This document shows, piece by piece, positions 9,745 through 17,387 of a stretch of 47,961 nucleotides of DNA. The stretch covers positions 1-47,961 of the forward strand of contig JBCBCF010000001.1 of NCBI GenBank assembly GCA_038530905.1, read 5' to 3'. The notes under the pieces are model-generated. The model was not told the origin of the DNA. It saw only the letters and a list, made by a program, of their open reading frames with translations, and searched no databases. This stretch comes from Acidobacteriota bacterium (lineage in GTDB: Bacteria; Acidobacteriota; Thermoanaerobaculia; Multivoradales; J023). The position numbers were made by a program, and so were the translations under genes. How positions within the stretch are numbered: the stretch's first letter is position 1; each line of letters starts with the position of its first letter.

Positions 9745-11501
9745 TGGTTCTGCGCCGACTGACGGCCGTTTGCATCCTCTGCGTTTTCGCCCTCGGCTGC
9801 GCGAATCGGCGGCCTGACGCGACGATCGAGGTGGCCTCACACCGCGTCGATCTGCTGCGCGTGCCGGCGTCGACCACACCCGGGCCGAAGACTCAGCCGC
9901 TGCGCCGCGCGCGCCTGACGGTCGAGGCGGGCGACGTGCTGCGAGCCGACGCTCGCCTGTCGCGCCGCGGGGCCAGCGGCGACGGCCGGGCGACGTTCGT
10001 GCTCGCGGTCGACGGCGAGGAGGTCGCGCGACTGCCGCTCGAGGTGACGAAGGCGCACGACGCCGACGTCGCGACCCTCGACCTCGAGCCTTGGCTCGGG
10101 CGCGACGTCGAGATCGAAGCCCGCATCGAGGGCGCCGGCGACGGCTGGCACGCCTACTGGCAGTCGCTGGCGGCCGAGCGCGTCCAAACCGTCGAGAGAC
10201 GCACGTCGGAGGCGGGCCGCAACGTCCTGTTGGTCATGGTCGACACCCTGCGCGCCGATCATCTGGGACTCTATGGCGCCACCCGCGACACGAGCCCTCG
10301 TCTCGACGCGTTCGCGAGCCGGGCACGGGTCTTCGACCATGCGCTGGCGCCGTCGAGCTGGACGTTGCCGTCGGTCGCCGCATTGTTCACCGGCCTCTAC
10401 CCGCGCGACCGAGGCTGGGCGGACGGTCAGGCGCTCGAGCTGCATCATCTGCTGCTGCCGCAACGCCTGCAGCGCGCCGGCCTCTCCACCTTCGCCTCGA
10501 GTGCCAACCCGCTGATCGCCCCGTCGCACGGATTCGATCGCGGCTTCGAGGTCTTCCAGCATCGGCCGTGGGAGCTTGCTCCGCGCCTTCACGACGACTT
10601 TTTCGCCTGGCTCGATCGCCATCGCGAGACGCAGTGGTTCGCTTACCTCCACGCGATCGATCCCCATGATCCCTACACCGATTCACCGGAGCCCTTCGCG
10701 TCCCGCTTCGTGCGCGACCCCGACTACGACGGAGTCTTTGCCGATCCCGGCGCGCTCAATCGGATCCACCTCGAGTCCGCGTGGGGCGACCGGGACGCCG
10801 TCGACGTCGAGGCCGCCGACCTCGACTGGCTGATCGACAAATACGATGGCGAGATCGCGTTTTGGGATCACCACTTCGGGCGTCTGATCGACGGTCTCGA
10901 AGCACGTGGCCTGCTCGAACGGACGATCGTCATCGTCATGTCCGATCACGGGGAAGAGTTTCTCGAGCACGGCTTCCTAAAGCACGGCCGCTCGCTGTAT
11001 CGGCCGGCGCTGCACGTGCCGCTGCTCATCTTCGCGCCGGGCCTCGTCGAGCCCGGGCGCGTCGACGCAGTGGCCGAGACGATCCGACTCGATCGCGCGA
11101 TTCTGCAGCTCCTGCGACTCGACGAAGGACCGTCCCGCCCGAACGATCTCCTCCGCCTCGAGGATGGGGATCGATTCCCGGCCTTTGCCACCACGCGCGT
11201 TCCGCACGGTCCGGGAATCAGCCGCCGCTACAGCCTCGACGCGGTGCGCGAGGACGCGCTCAAGCTCGTGCATCGGCCGGACGACGACGGCCTGGAGGCG
11301 TGGACCGAGCTCTACGACCTGAACGTCGATCCTGGCGAACAGACGTCGCTTGCCGAGGCCCGTCCCGAGCAAGCCGAGGCTCTGCAGCAACTCCTCGACA
11401 CATGGGCTCGCTCGAGCGGCCCGCGCTCGAGCGATGCCGAGCGCGGCGAGCTCCAGCCCGAGGAGCTCGAGGCGCTCCGCGCCCTCGGCTACGTGCAGTA
11501 G
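9744..11501 (+). CDS. Sulfatase-like hydrolase/transferase lipoprotein, paralog 2, with a ~150-aa N-terminal extra domain
   Basis: Lipobox (FALGC). LVMVDTLRADHLGLYGATRDTSPRLDAF. Nucleophile segment WTLPSVAALFTGLYP. MSDHGEEF. Ends LRALGYVQ. The start overlaps the paralog 1 stop (TGATG). Confidence 0.82.
   Translation: MVLRRLTAVCILCVFALGCANRRPDATIEVASHRVDLLRVPASTTPGPKTQPLRRARLTVEAGDVLRADARLSRRGASGDGRATFVLAVDGEEVARLPLEVTKAHDADVATLDLEPWLGRDVEIEARIEGAGDGWHAYWQSLAAERVQTVERRTSEAGRNVLLVMVDTLRADHLGLYGATRDTSPRLDAFASRARVFDHALAPSSWTLPSVAALFTGLYPRDRGWADGQALELHHLLLPQRLQRAGLSTFASSANPLIAPSHGFDRGFEVFQHRPWELAPRLHDDFFAWLDRHRETQWFAYLHAIDPHDPYTDSPEPFASRFVRDPDYDGVFADPGALNRIHLESAWGDRDAVDVEAADLDWLIDKYDGEIAFWDHHFGRLIDGLEARGLLERTIVIVMSDHGEEFLEHGFLKHGRSLYRPALHVPLLIFAPGLVEPGRVDAVAETIRLDRAILQLLRLDEGPSRPNDLLRLEDGDRFPAFATTRVPHGPGISRRYSLDAVREDALKLVHRPDDDGLEAWTELYDLNVDPGEQTSLAEARPEQAEALQQLLDTWARSSGPRSSDAERGELQPEELEALRALGYVQ
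11232..11501. repeat. Left (intact, coding) copy of a ~250-bp dispersed direct repeat; the partner lies at about 15821-16078
   Basis: A run of identical or near-identical nucleotides begins at ACGCGCTCAAGCTCGTGCATCGGCC (11254 versus 15834) and continues to the stop codon. Confidence 0.85.
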
Positions 11502-11555
11502 ATCGCGGGCGGCGGTCCAGCGAGCAGCACGCGGAGTGACCAGAGGGCCGACCTG

Positions 11556-12635
11556 TCAATGCTCCAGCCCATCGGCGCCGGCCGACGGCCGCGAGAAGCC
11601 GGTGCTGAACCGCTCCCGGTAGGCCCCCGGCAAGACGCCGAGAACGCGCAGGAAGCACCGGCGCATGGAATCCGCGCTGCCGAAGCCACAGTCGGTCGCC
11701 ACCTCGTCCAGCGAGCGTGAGGTGACCTCCAGCCGACGCTTGGCAGCCTCGACGCGGACCTGCTCGACATAGCGGGCAGGAGTCATCCCGACCTCCTCAG
11801 GAAATCGGCGGACGAAATTCCGCAGACTCATGTGCGCGCGCGCCGCCAGGCTCTCGACGCGCAAATCGTCACTCAGGTGATCCGGAATCCAGGCCAGCAG
11901 GTCTCGAAGCGGGCTGGAATCGGCAGCCTGGCCTCCTAGAGTGGTGCTGAACTGAGCCTGGCCTCCTTGCCGCTTGAGGAAAACGACCATGTCCTTCGCG
12001 ACGTGCATGGAGACTGCGGGGCCCAGGTCGGCCTCGACCAGGTGCAGACTGAGGTCGATGCCGGCGGTGCTGCCGGCAGAGGTGTAGAACGGTCCGTCCT
12101 GAACGAAGATCGAGTCCAACTCGACGCGAGTCTCTGGAAAACGCTCGGCGAGCAGGCGGCAGCCGCGCCAGTGCGTCGTTGCTCGTCGGCCATTCAAGAG
12201 ACCCGTCGCGGCCAGGATGAAGGCTCCGGAACACACCGATGCGACGCGTCGTGCGCGGATCGCCAGGCGCTTGACCACGGCGATGGTGTCCTCGTCAGCG
12301 ATGACCGACGAGATGGCGCCCCCGGGGATCAGCAGGGTGTCGATCTCGCCGTCATGCTCTTCGGCGACGCCATGGGCGACCAGCTCGATCCCGGCGGTCG
12401 TCGGGATCCGCAGGGTCTCGCCGAGCGACAGGCATCGGAGTTGGTATTGATAGCCAGCGCCCGGCGTGCGCTGGTTGGCCGCTAGGTTGGCCAGGTGAAA
12501 CACCTCCGAAGGACCGGCAAAGTCCAGCAGTTCAATCCCTGGGAACAGCAGAGCGACGATCGGTCGCCCGCGGTGTTCAGGGCCTGGCACCTGTCCGTAG
12601 GAAGTTTCGAAGGCACGAATCGCGTCTTGAGCCAT
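11556..12635 (-). CDS. GlxA-family transcriptional regulator (DJ-1/PfpI domain + AraC-type HTH)
   Basis: N-terminal DJ-1/PfpI pattern (VALLFPGIELLDFAGPSEVF, SVCSGAFILAATGLL). C-terminal AraC HTH (SLAARAHMSLRNFVRRF...ATDCGFGSADSMRRCF). Confidence 0.88.
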   Translation of the reverse strand: MAQDAIRAFETSYGQVPGPEHRGRPIVALLFPGIELLDFAGPSEVFHLANLAANQRTPGAGYQYQLRCLSLGETLRIPTTAGIELVAHGVAEEHDGEIDTLLIPGGAISSVIADEDTIAVVKRLAIRARRVASVCSGAFILAATGLLNGRRATTHWRGCRLLAERFPETRVELDSIFVQDGPFYTSAGSTAGIDLSLHLVEADLGPAVSMHVAKDMVVFLKRQGGQAQFSTTLGGQAADSSPLRDLLAWIPDHLSDDLRVESLAARAHMSLRNFVRRFPEEVGMTPARYVEQVRVEAAKRRLEVTSRSLDEVATDCGFGSADSMRRCFLRVLGVLPGAYRERFSTGFSRPSAGADGLEH

Positions 12636-12777
12636 GGCTGAAGCCTAAAGAAGCCGCGCCGCGATGGCTAGAAACGTCGGCCTTTTGGCGTTTACGCCAG
12701 ATGCTCCAACGGGAAAACTCTCGAGACCGGCCCGCGGGACGATCGCGAGGTCTGGCTCGAACTTCCCGGGAGCCCAC

Positions 12778-13848
12778 ATGCATCGATTGGGACTGTTGGC
12801 GTTTCTCATCCTCACCGGCGCACTCATCGCCCTGTTCCTGCCGCTGCCGAAGGACGCCGGTCCCGCGATCGAGGCAGAACCGCTGGCGGAGGCACCACCT
12901 CTTGTTCATGCGCTCGGACGCCTGGAGCCCACGGGCACGATCCTGAAGGTCGGCGTCCCGGCAGGCAACGAAGCGAGCTGCGTCGCGGAACTGGCCGTGG
13001 AGGAAGGTCAACGCGTGAACGCTGGGCAGGTCTTGGCGGTCATGGACTCCTTCGCCACCAAGGCGGCAAGGATGCAGGAGGCGAACGCGCAGGTCGAGGC
13101 GGCGCGAGCCAGACTGCGACAAAGCGCAGCCAGCGCCAAGGAAGCCGAGCTCGACGCGGCGCGGGCGGAGGTTCAACGCCTGGTCCATCGCATCCGATCG
13201 ACTCGGCGGACCCAAGAGCGCATGGCTGCCCTCCTGGCGGACGGCGTGGTCGCGGCCGAAACGGTCGACGCGACGCGATCCGCCGTGGCGGAGGCCCGGC
13301 AGGAGCATCGACGGGCACTCGCCCGCCTCTCCGGTCTGGAGCAGGTCCGGAGCGTCGATCTCGACCTGCGTCGGGCGGAGATCTCGGTCGCTCGGGCGAC
13401 GGCCGCCATCGCTGCGGCCGACCTGGACACCGCGCGCGTCCTGGCGCCCCGCGCCGGGACGGTGCTGAAGATCCACGCGCGGCCCGGGGAGCTGCCGGGG
13501 GTCGACGGCCTGCTGGAGTTGGGCGACGTCAGCCGGCTTCAGGCCGTCGCTGAGGTCTTCGAAGGGGACATCCAACGCGTTCAGATCGGCCGCGCGGCCA
13601 CGGTCGAGCTGTTCTCCACTGGCGACACCTTCCGCGGCCGGGTGGCCGCCATCGGCTCGATCGTCGGCCGGATGGCGGTGCTGACCAATGATCCGGTGAG
13701 CGATACCGACGCGCGGGTTGTCGAAGTGAGGATCGATCTCGAGGAGGAGGCGATCGAAACGCTGCGCGGGCTGAGCAACGCCCGCGTGCTGGTTCACATC
13801 GAGGCAACTGGACCGTCTTCTCCTGCCGCCGCCGGTGATGCGCGATGA
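12778..13848 (+). CDS. devB: DevB-family membrane fusion protein (HlyD-like) of an ABC exporter
   Basis: N-terminal TM segment, then VHALGRLEPTGTILKVGVP...VEEGQRVNAGQVLAVMD, a coiled-coil region, and LAPRAGTVLKIHARPGE. The ATG at 12778 is chosen; the ORF opens at 12664. Confidence 0.82.
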   Translation: MHRLGLLAFLILTGALIALFLPLPKDAGPAIEAEPLAEAPPLVHALGRLEPTGTILKVGVPAGNEASCVAELAVEEGQRVNAGQVLAVMDSFATKAARMQEANAQVEAARARLRQSAASAKEAELDAARAEVQRLVHRIRSTRRTQERMAALLADGVVAAETVDATRSAVAEARQEHRRALARLSGLEQVRSVDLDLRRAEISVARATAAIAAADLDTARVLAPRAGTVLKIHARPGELPGVDGLLELGDVSRLQAVAEVFEGDIQRVQIGRAATVELFSTGDTFRGRVAAIGSIVGRMAVLTNDPVSDTDARVVEVRIDLEEEAIETLRGLSNARVLVHIEATGPSSPAAAGDAR

Positions 13849-14996
13849 CTTCGTCGCTCGGGGTCGCATGGCGTCAGCTCAGTCATCAGCCGGCGAAGCT
13901 TCTCGCTGCCTCGGCGGGCGTCGTGGTCGCCGTCATGCTGATGCTGGTGCAGCTCGGCATCCGGGAAGGGGCGATCAGCAGCGGCGTCGCGTTCTCCCAC
14001 CGCCTCGATGCCGACCTCGTCGTCGTCAGCCTGGCGACCGAGACCATCTTCCGCTCGGGGCAATTTCCCCGGCGCCTGCTCTATCGACTGCCTTCGGATC
14101 CGGCGGTGGCGGCGATCTCGGAGGTCTATATGGGCCAAGCCCAATGGAGGAATCCGTGGACCGGCATCCAGCATCCCATCAGCGTCTACGGTCTGTCGCC
14201 ACGCAGAACCATGGTGGACCTCCCTGGGTTCGCCGACGTGCTCGAACTGGAGCTCGCCGATCAGTTCGTCTTTGACGCGCTCAGCCGCACCAGCTACGGC
14301 CCTGTTGTGACATCTGTCGCATCGGACGGTCCGCTCTTCGCCGAAGTGAACGGGCGCCGCATTCGAGTGATCGACACGGTCGCCGTCGGCGTGTCGTTCT
14401 CCGTCGACGGAAACCTCTACGGCACCCCTGCCAACTTCTTGCGCCTCCTTCCGTCGAGAGACGCTGGCGCGATCGACCTCGGGCTGGTTCGACTCGTCCC
14501 CGGCTCCAACGTCGAGGCCGCACGCGAGCGGCTTCAGGAGCTGCTGGGCAGGGAAGCTCGAATCTTGAGTCGAAACCAGCTCATCGAGGAAGAAATCGCG
14601 TTTCTCCGCAGCAACGCTCCGATCGATTTCATCTTCGGCATGGGCACGGTGGTCGGCTTCTTCATCGGCTTCGTGGTGGTCTACCAAATCCTCTACACCG
14701 AGGTCACGCATCACCTTCCTCAGCTGGCGACGCTCAAGGCCACCGGCTTCACCGACGGATATCTGTTGAAGCTTGTCCTTTGGCAGGCCTTGAGCCTGTC
14801 CTGTTTCGGATACCTTCCCGGCTTTGCTCTGGCCGTGGGCGTTTATCAACTCGCCGAGTCACAGATTCAGATGCCAATGTCGATGACACCCGCACGCGCC
14901 CTCGGCGTTTGGGGCGCGACGGTGATCATGTGCGGTTTCTCCGCCATGGTGGCCGTCCGTCGGGCCTGGCAGGCCGACCCGGCCGAGGTCTTCTGA
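13845..14996 (+). CDS. devC: DevC-family ABC exporter permease (FtsX-like)
   Basis: LGVAWRQLSHQPAKLLAASAGVVVAVMLMLVQLGI start and a C-terminal FtsX-type 4-TM region. It has an ATGA overlap with devB. Confidence 0.82.
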   Translation: MTSSLGVAWRQLSHQPAKLLAASAGVVVAVMLMLVQLGIREGAISSGVAFSHRLDADLVVVSLATETIFRSGQFPRRLLYRLPSDPAVAAISEVYMGQAQWRNPWTGIQHPISVYGLSPRRTMVDLPGFADVLELELADQFVFDALSRTSYGPVVTSVASDGPLFAEVNGRRIRVIDTVAVGVSFSVDGNLYGTPANFLRLLPSRDAGAIDLGLVRLVPGSNVEAARERLQELLGREARILSRNQLIEEEIAFLRSNAPIDFIFGMGTVVGFFIGFVVVYQILYTEVTHHLPQLATLKATGFTDGYLLKLVLWQALSLSCFGYLPGFALAVGVYQLAESQIQMPMSMTPARALGVWGATVIMCGFSAMVAVRRAWQADPAEVF

Positions 14997-15787
14997 TGGC
15001 GGCCCCGCCTCGAGGCGACCTCGGGTCCAGAAAACCTGTCGGTCCGACCGTGATCGCGCGTGGCGTCAATCACACCTTCGGCAGCGGCGGCCTCGAGAAG
15101 CAGGTCCTCTTCGAAGTCGACCTGCAGCTGGACGCCGGGGAGGTGGTGATGCTCTCCGGGCCGAGCGGCAGTGGCAAGACCACGCTCCTCACCTTGATTG
15201 GCGCCCTGCGCACGCTGCAGGATGGAGAGATGACAGTGCTCGGCTGCGATCTGCGGCGCGCTTCCGAGAAGGATCGCAACCGGCTGCGGCGCGGCATCGG
15301 ATTCGTCTTCCAGCAGCACAACCTTCTCGGTTTTCTGACCGCACGGCAGAATGTCGAGCTGATGTTTCAGCTCCATCCGAAGGTTTCGCGGCACGAAGCG
15401 CGCCGCCGGACGGAGGACATGCTCGCCAAGGTCGGCCTCGAAGATCACCTCAACGAGCATTCGTCCCATCTCTCAGGCGGTCAACAGCAGCGCGTCTCCA
15501 TCGCACGAGCGCTGGTCGGCAATCCTCGGCTGATTCTGGCGGACGAGCCGACCGCCGCTCTGGACAGCCAGACTGGACGCCGAGTGGTGGACCTGCTTTC
15601 GGAGCTCGCGGTCGACAACGGCTGTTCGGTCCTGATCGTGACGCACGATGCCAGAGTGCTCGACGCCGCTCACCGCATCGTGACCATCGAAGACGGCGCC
15701 GTGCAGGTTCGCCCCGGCAGCCAAGGCACAGGCCAGAGCGAACCTCGAAACACCGGCAAGGCCGGCCCTGGCGCCGTCCTCGCGTGA
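14996..15787 (+). CDS. devA: DevA-family ABC transporter ATP-binding protein
   Basis: Walker A GPSGSGKTT, signature LSGGQQQRVSIARAL, Walker B LILADEPTAALD. It has a TGATG overlap with devC. The track ORF start at 14780 is an out-of-context extension. Confidence 0.9.
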   Translation: MAAPPRGDLGSRKPVGPTVIARGVNHTFGSGGLEKQVLFEVDLQLDAGEVVMLSGPSGSGKTTLLTLIGALRTLQDGEMTVLGCDLRRASEKDRNRLRRGIGFVFQQHNLLGFLTARQNVELMFQLHPKVSRHEARRRTEDMLAKVGLEDHLNEHSSHLSGGQQQRVSIARALVGNPRLILADEPTAALDSQTGRRVVDLLSELAVDNGCSVLIVTHDARVLDAAHRIVTIEDGAVQVRPGSQGTGQSEPRNTGKAGPGAVLA

Positions 15788-15820
15788 CGCTCCGGACGTC
15801 TCGTCCTCGCAGCAGAGTTG

Positions 15821-16078
15821 CCTCGAGACGCGAACGCGCTCAAGCTCGTGCATCGGCCTGCCGACGACGGCGCGGAGGCGTCGACCGAGCACTCTGACCT
15901 GGATGTCGATCCTGGCGAGCAGACGGTTCTTTCGAACACCCGCCCCGAGCAAGCCGAGACTCAGCAGGGACTCCTCGACGCACGGACTCGCTCGAGCAGC
16001 CCAAGCTCAGGCGATGCCGAACGCGGCGAGCTTCAGTCCAGCCCGAGGAGCTCCGTGCTCTCGGCTACCCGCAGTCAG
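15821..16078 (+). pseudogene. 5'-truncated, frameshifted remnant of a sulfatase-like gene 3' end (closest to paralog 2)
   Basis: It translates as ALKLVHRPADDG..DLDVDPGEQT..RPEQAE..SGDAERGELQ. Paralog 2 reads ALKLVHRPDDDG..DLNVDPGEQT..RPEQAE..SSDAERGELQ. A 5-nt insertion shifts the frame so that PEELRALGYPQ continues in another frame. There is a 9-nt deletion and the stop codon is lost. Confidence 0.85.
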
Positions 16079-16093
16079 GAGGCGAGACCTCCC

Positions 16094-16131
16094 ATCGGCA
16101 TTCTGTTGGGAGATCGGCATTCTGCTGGGAG
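16094..16131. repeat. Tandem direct repeat, 2 x 19 bp (ATCGGCATTCTGTTGGGAG / ATCGGCATTCTGCTGGGAG)
   Basis: Read directly from the sequence, with one mismatch. It lies between the sulfatase remnant and the stop codon (16140) of the low-GC cassette. Confidence 0.9.
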
Positions 16132-16139
16132 GAAGCGTC

Positions 16140-16442
16140 TCAGGCGACGCTCGCTGCTTGCAGCACTGACTCACCACTGCGGTAGCGCAAATCCCTCAGA
16201 TACAAACGGTCCAGATCTTCGCATTCGTAGCGAACTTCAAACCGCCCACAATAAAGACACGTCACACCGTTGCCGGCGGAAGAGAGCGTCGGAAGAACCT
16301 CTTCATCATGTGAACATTCATTGACAAAGATCCGGTGAAGGAGGTCGCGGAGTTCCTTTCGCTGCCAGTTCTTCAGCTCTCTTCTCCAGCTCGAGTGAAC
16401 ATCTCCGACAAAGACTGTATCTGAACGATGTCTTCGATTCAT
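16140..16442 (-). CDS. Hypothetical 100-aa Cys/His-containing protein (downstream gene of the low-GC cassette)
   Basis: ATG start with a 4-nt ATGA overlap onto the stop of the upstream ORF. It has a basic N-terminus and the residues C43-x-H45, C62-x2-C65 and C74. Its GC content is far below the flanks. No family recognised. Confidence 0.5.
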   Translation of the reverse strand: MNRRHRSDTVFVGDVHSSWRRELKNWQRKELRDLLHRIFVNECSHDEEVLPTLSSAGNGVTCLYCGRFEVRYECEDLDRLYLRDLRYRSGESVLQAASVA

Positions 16443-17113
16443 TGTCGCTCCTCAATCTTGAGACTAAATTGATCGATCAGGCTTTGGGCTAGACTTGTGG
16501 ACGACTGCTCGACTTCTTCCGACCAGCGCTCAACCGAGGCGAGAGCCTGCGGAATGGTGTCGTGAGGCGGCTTTCGAATGCTTGCCAGAACTGCTTGGCG
16601 GCTGTCTTCCGAGGAAGATCTGGACAGCAATTCGCTGAGTTGTTCGACCGCCCGATTGTAGCTCAGGATATCGCCCCTGAGATCTTCCATGAGAAAAATG
16701 GCCTGCTGCAGTAGGCCAATTCGTGCGTGCCACGGCTCGGTCAGCATGGCCGGCAGCTCAACCACTTCCCAATCATCCGGTGGTCGATCGAAACGATTTT
16801 CATTCAATCGAACAAGAAACTCTCCAGCTAATTCTCGAGAGGTAGAGACCTGTTCTTCGAGGACCTTCAACTGGACGACGAAGACTGCTGCCGCAGTCTC
16901 TTCCCGTTGCTTTCTCCACCGCTTCTCTCGACGCTCCGAACTCAAGGCAGAGAGATACGCCAAGACACCGGCCACAAGAGCCAAGACTCCCGCGATCAGG
17001 GTCTGGTGGAGATAAACGAAGGAATCCGTGGCGCCCGTCGCCTGGACTCCGGACGAAGCGATGAGACTCGCGAAACAAGAAATGGTTGACGGCACCAGAT
17101 CGATCCTCGGCAA
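16439..17113 (-). CDS. Hypothetical 224-aa membrane protein with a helical or coiled-coil cytoplasmic domain (upstream gene of the low-GC cassette)
   Basis: Strong TM helix TLIAGVLALVAGVLAYLSAL, preceded by a weaker hydrophobic segment. This is followed by RREKRWRKQRE and about 150 aa of helical sequence. It has a TTG start at 17113 and no internal ATG for about 130 codons, so the start is uncertain. No family recognised. Confidence 0.5.
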   Translation of the reverse strand: MPRIDLVPSTISCFASLIASSGVQATGATDSFVYLHQTLIAGVLALVAGVLAYLSALSSERREKRWRKQREETAAAVFVVQLKVLEEQVSTSRELAGEFLVRLNENRFDRPPDDWEVVELPAMLTEPWHARIGLLQQAIFLMEDLRGDILSYNRAVEQLSELLSRSSSEDSRQAVLASIRKPPHDTIPQALASVERWSEEVEQSSTSLAQSLIDQFSLKIEERQ

Positions 17114-17387
17114 GACCTATCGGCGATGAAGCGTTGACCTGGCGACGATGGCGATCGCAGCAGCACCTTCGGAAAGAGTCTACAGCAGGCCTCTGGGCGG
17201 GTCCATTCGCGCTCCGAACGGATGGACCTCTGCCTCCCCAGGTGGCGCCCGACGATCCGTGTCACCTTCGCAAGCAGACGCCCGACAGCCGCGAGCGACT
17301 GCGGCCCGCAGCGCTAGCCGACCGCTCGTTCCCGCCGGAATCCGTGGGGTCCCCTCCACCGACCAGGACCTCTGGCGCAGCTTGCGT

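Noticed and set aside
15818-16324. 168-aa ORF (and the 88-aa ORF at 15903-16169) as possible real genes between devA and the low-GC cassette
   Set aside because: Their N-terminal parts are simply two frames of the decayed sulfatase-like 3' remnant. They then read through into the antisense of the 100-aa ORF. No RBS or plausible start is present.
17330-17365. tRNA 3'-end-like fragment (…CCGGAATCCGTGGGGTCCCCTCCACC…) that could have marked an integration att site next to the low-GC islet
   Set aside because: I could not fold a T-arm (the flanking 5-mers do not pair). The TTCGAAT loop consensus is not met and no acceptor-stem partner exists upstream. The resemblance is limited to GAATCC and is probably chance.
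11502-17387. Classical mobile element (integrase, transposase, IS, prophage) explaining the island
   Set aside because: No integrase, transposase or recombinase motifs appear in any frame, and I could find no terminal inverted repeats. Only the ~250-bp degraded direct repeat and the 19-bp tandem repeat are present, so the region is reported as a rearrangement scar rather than a defined mobile element.
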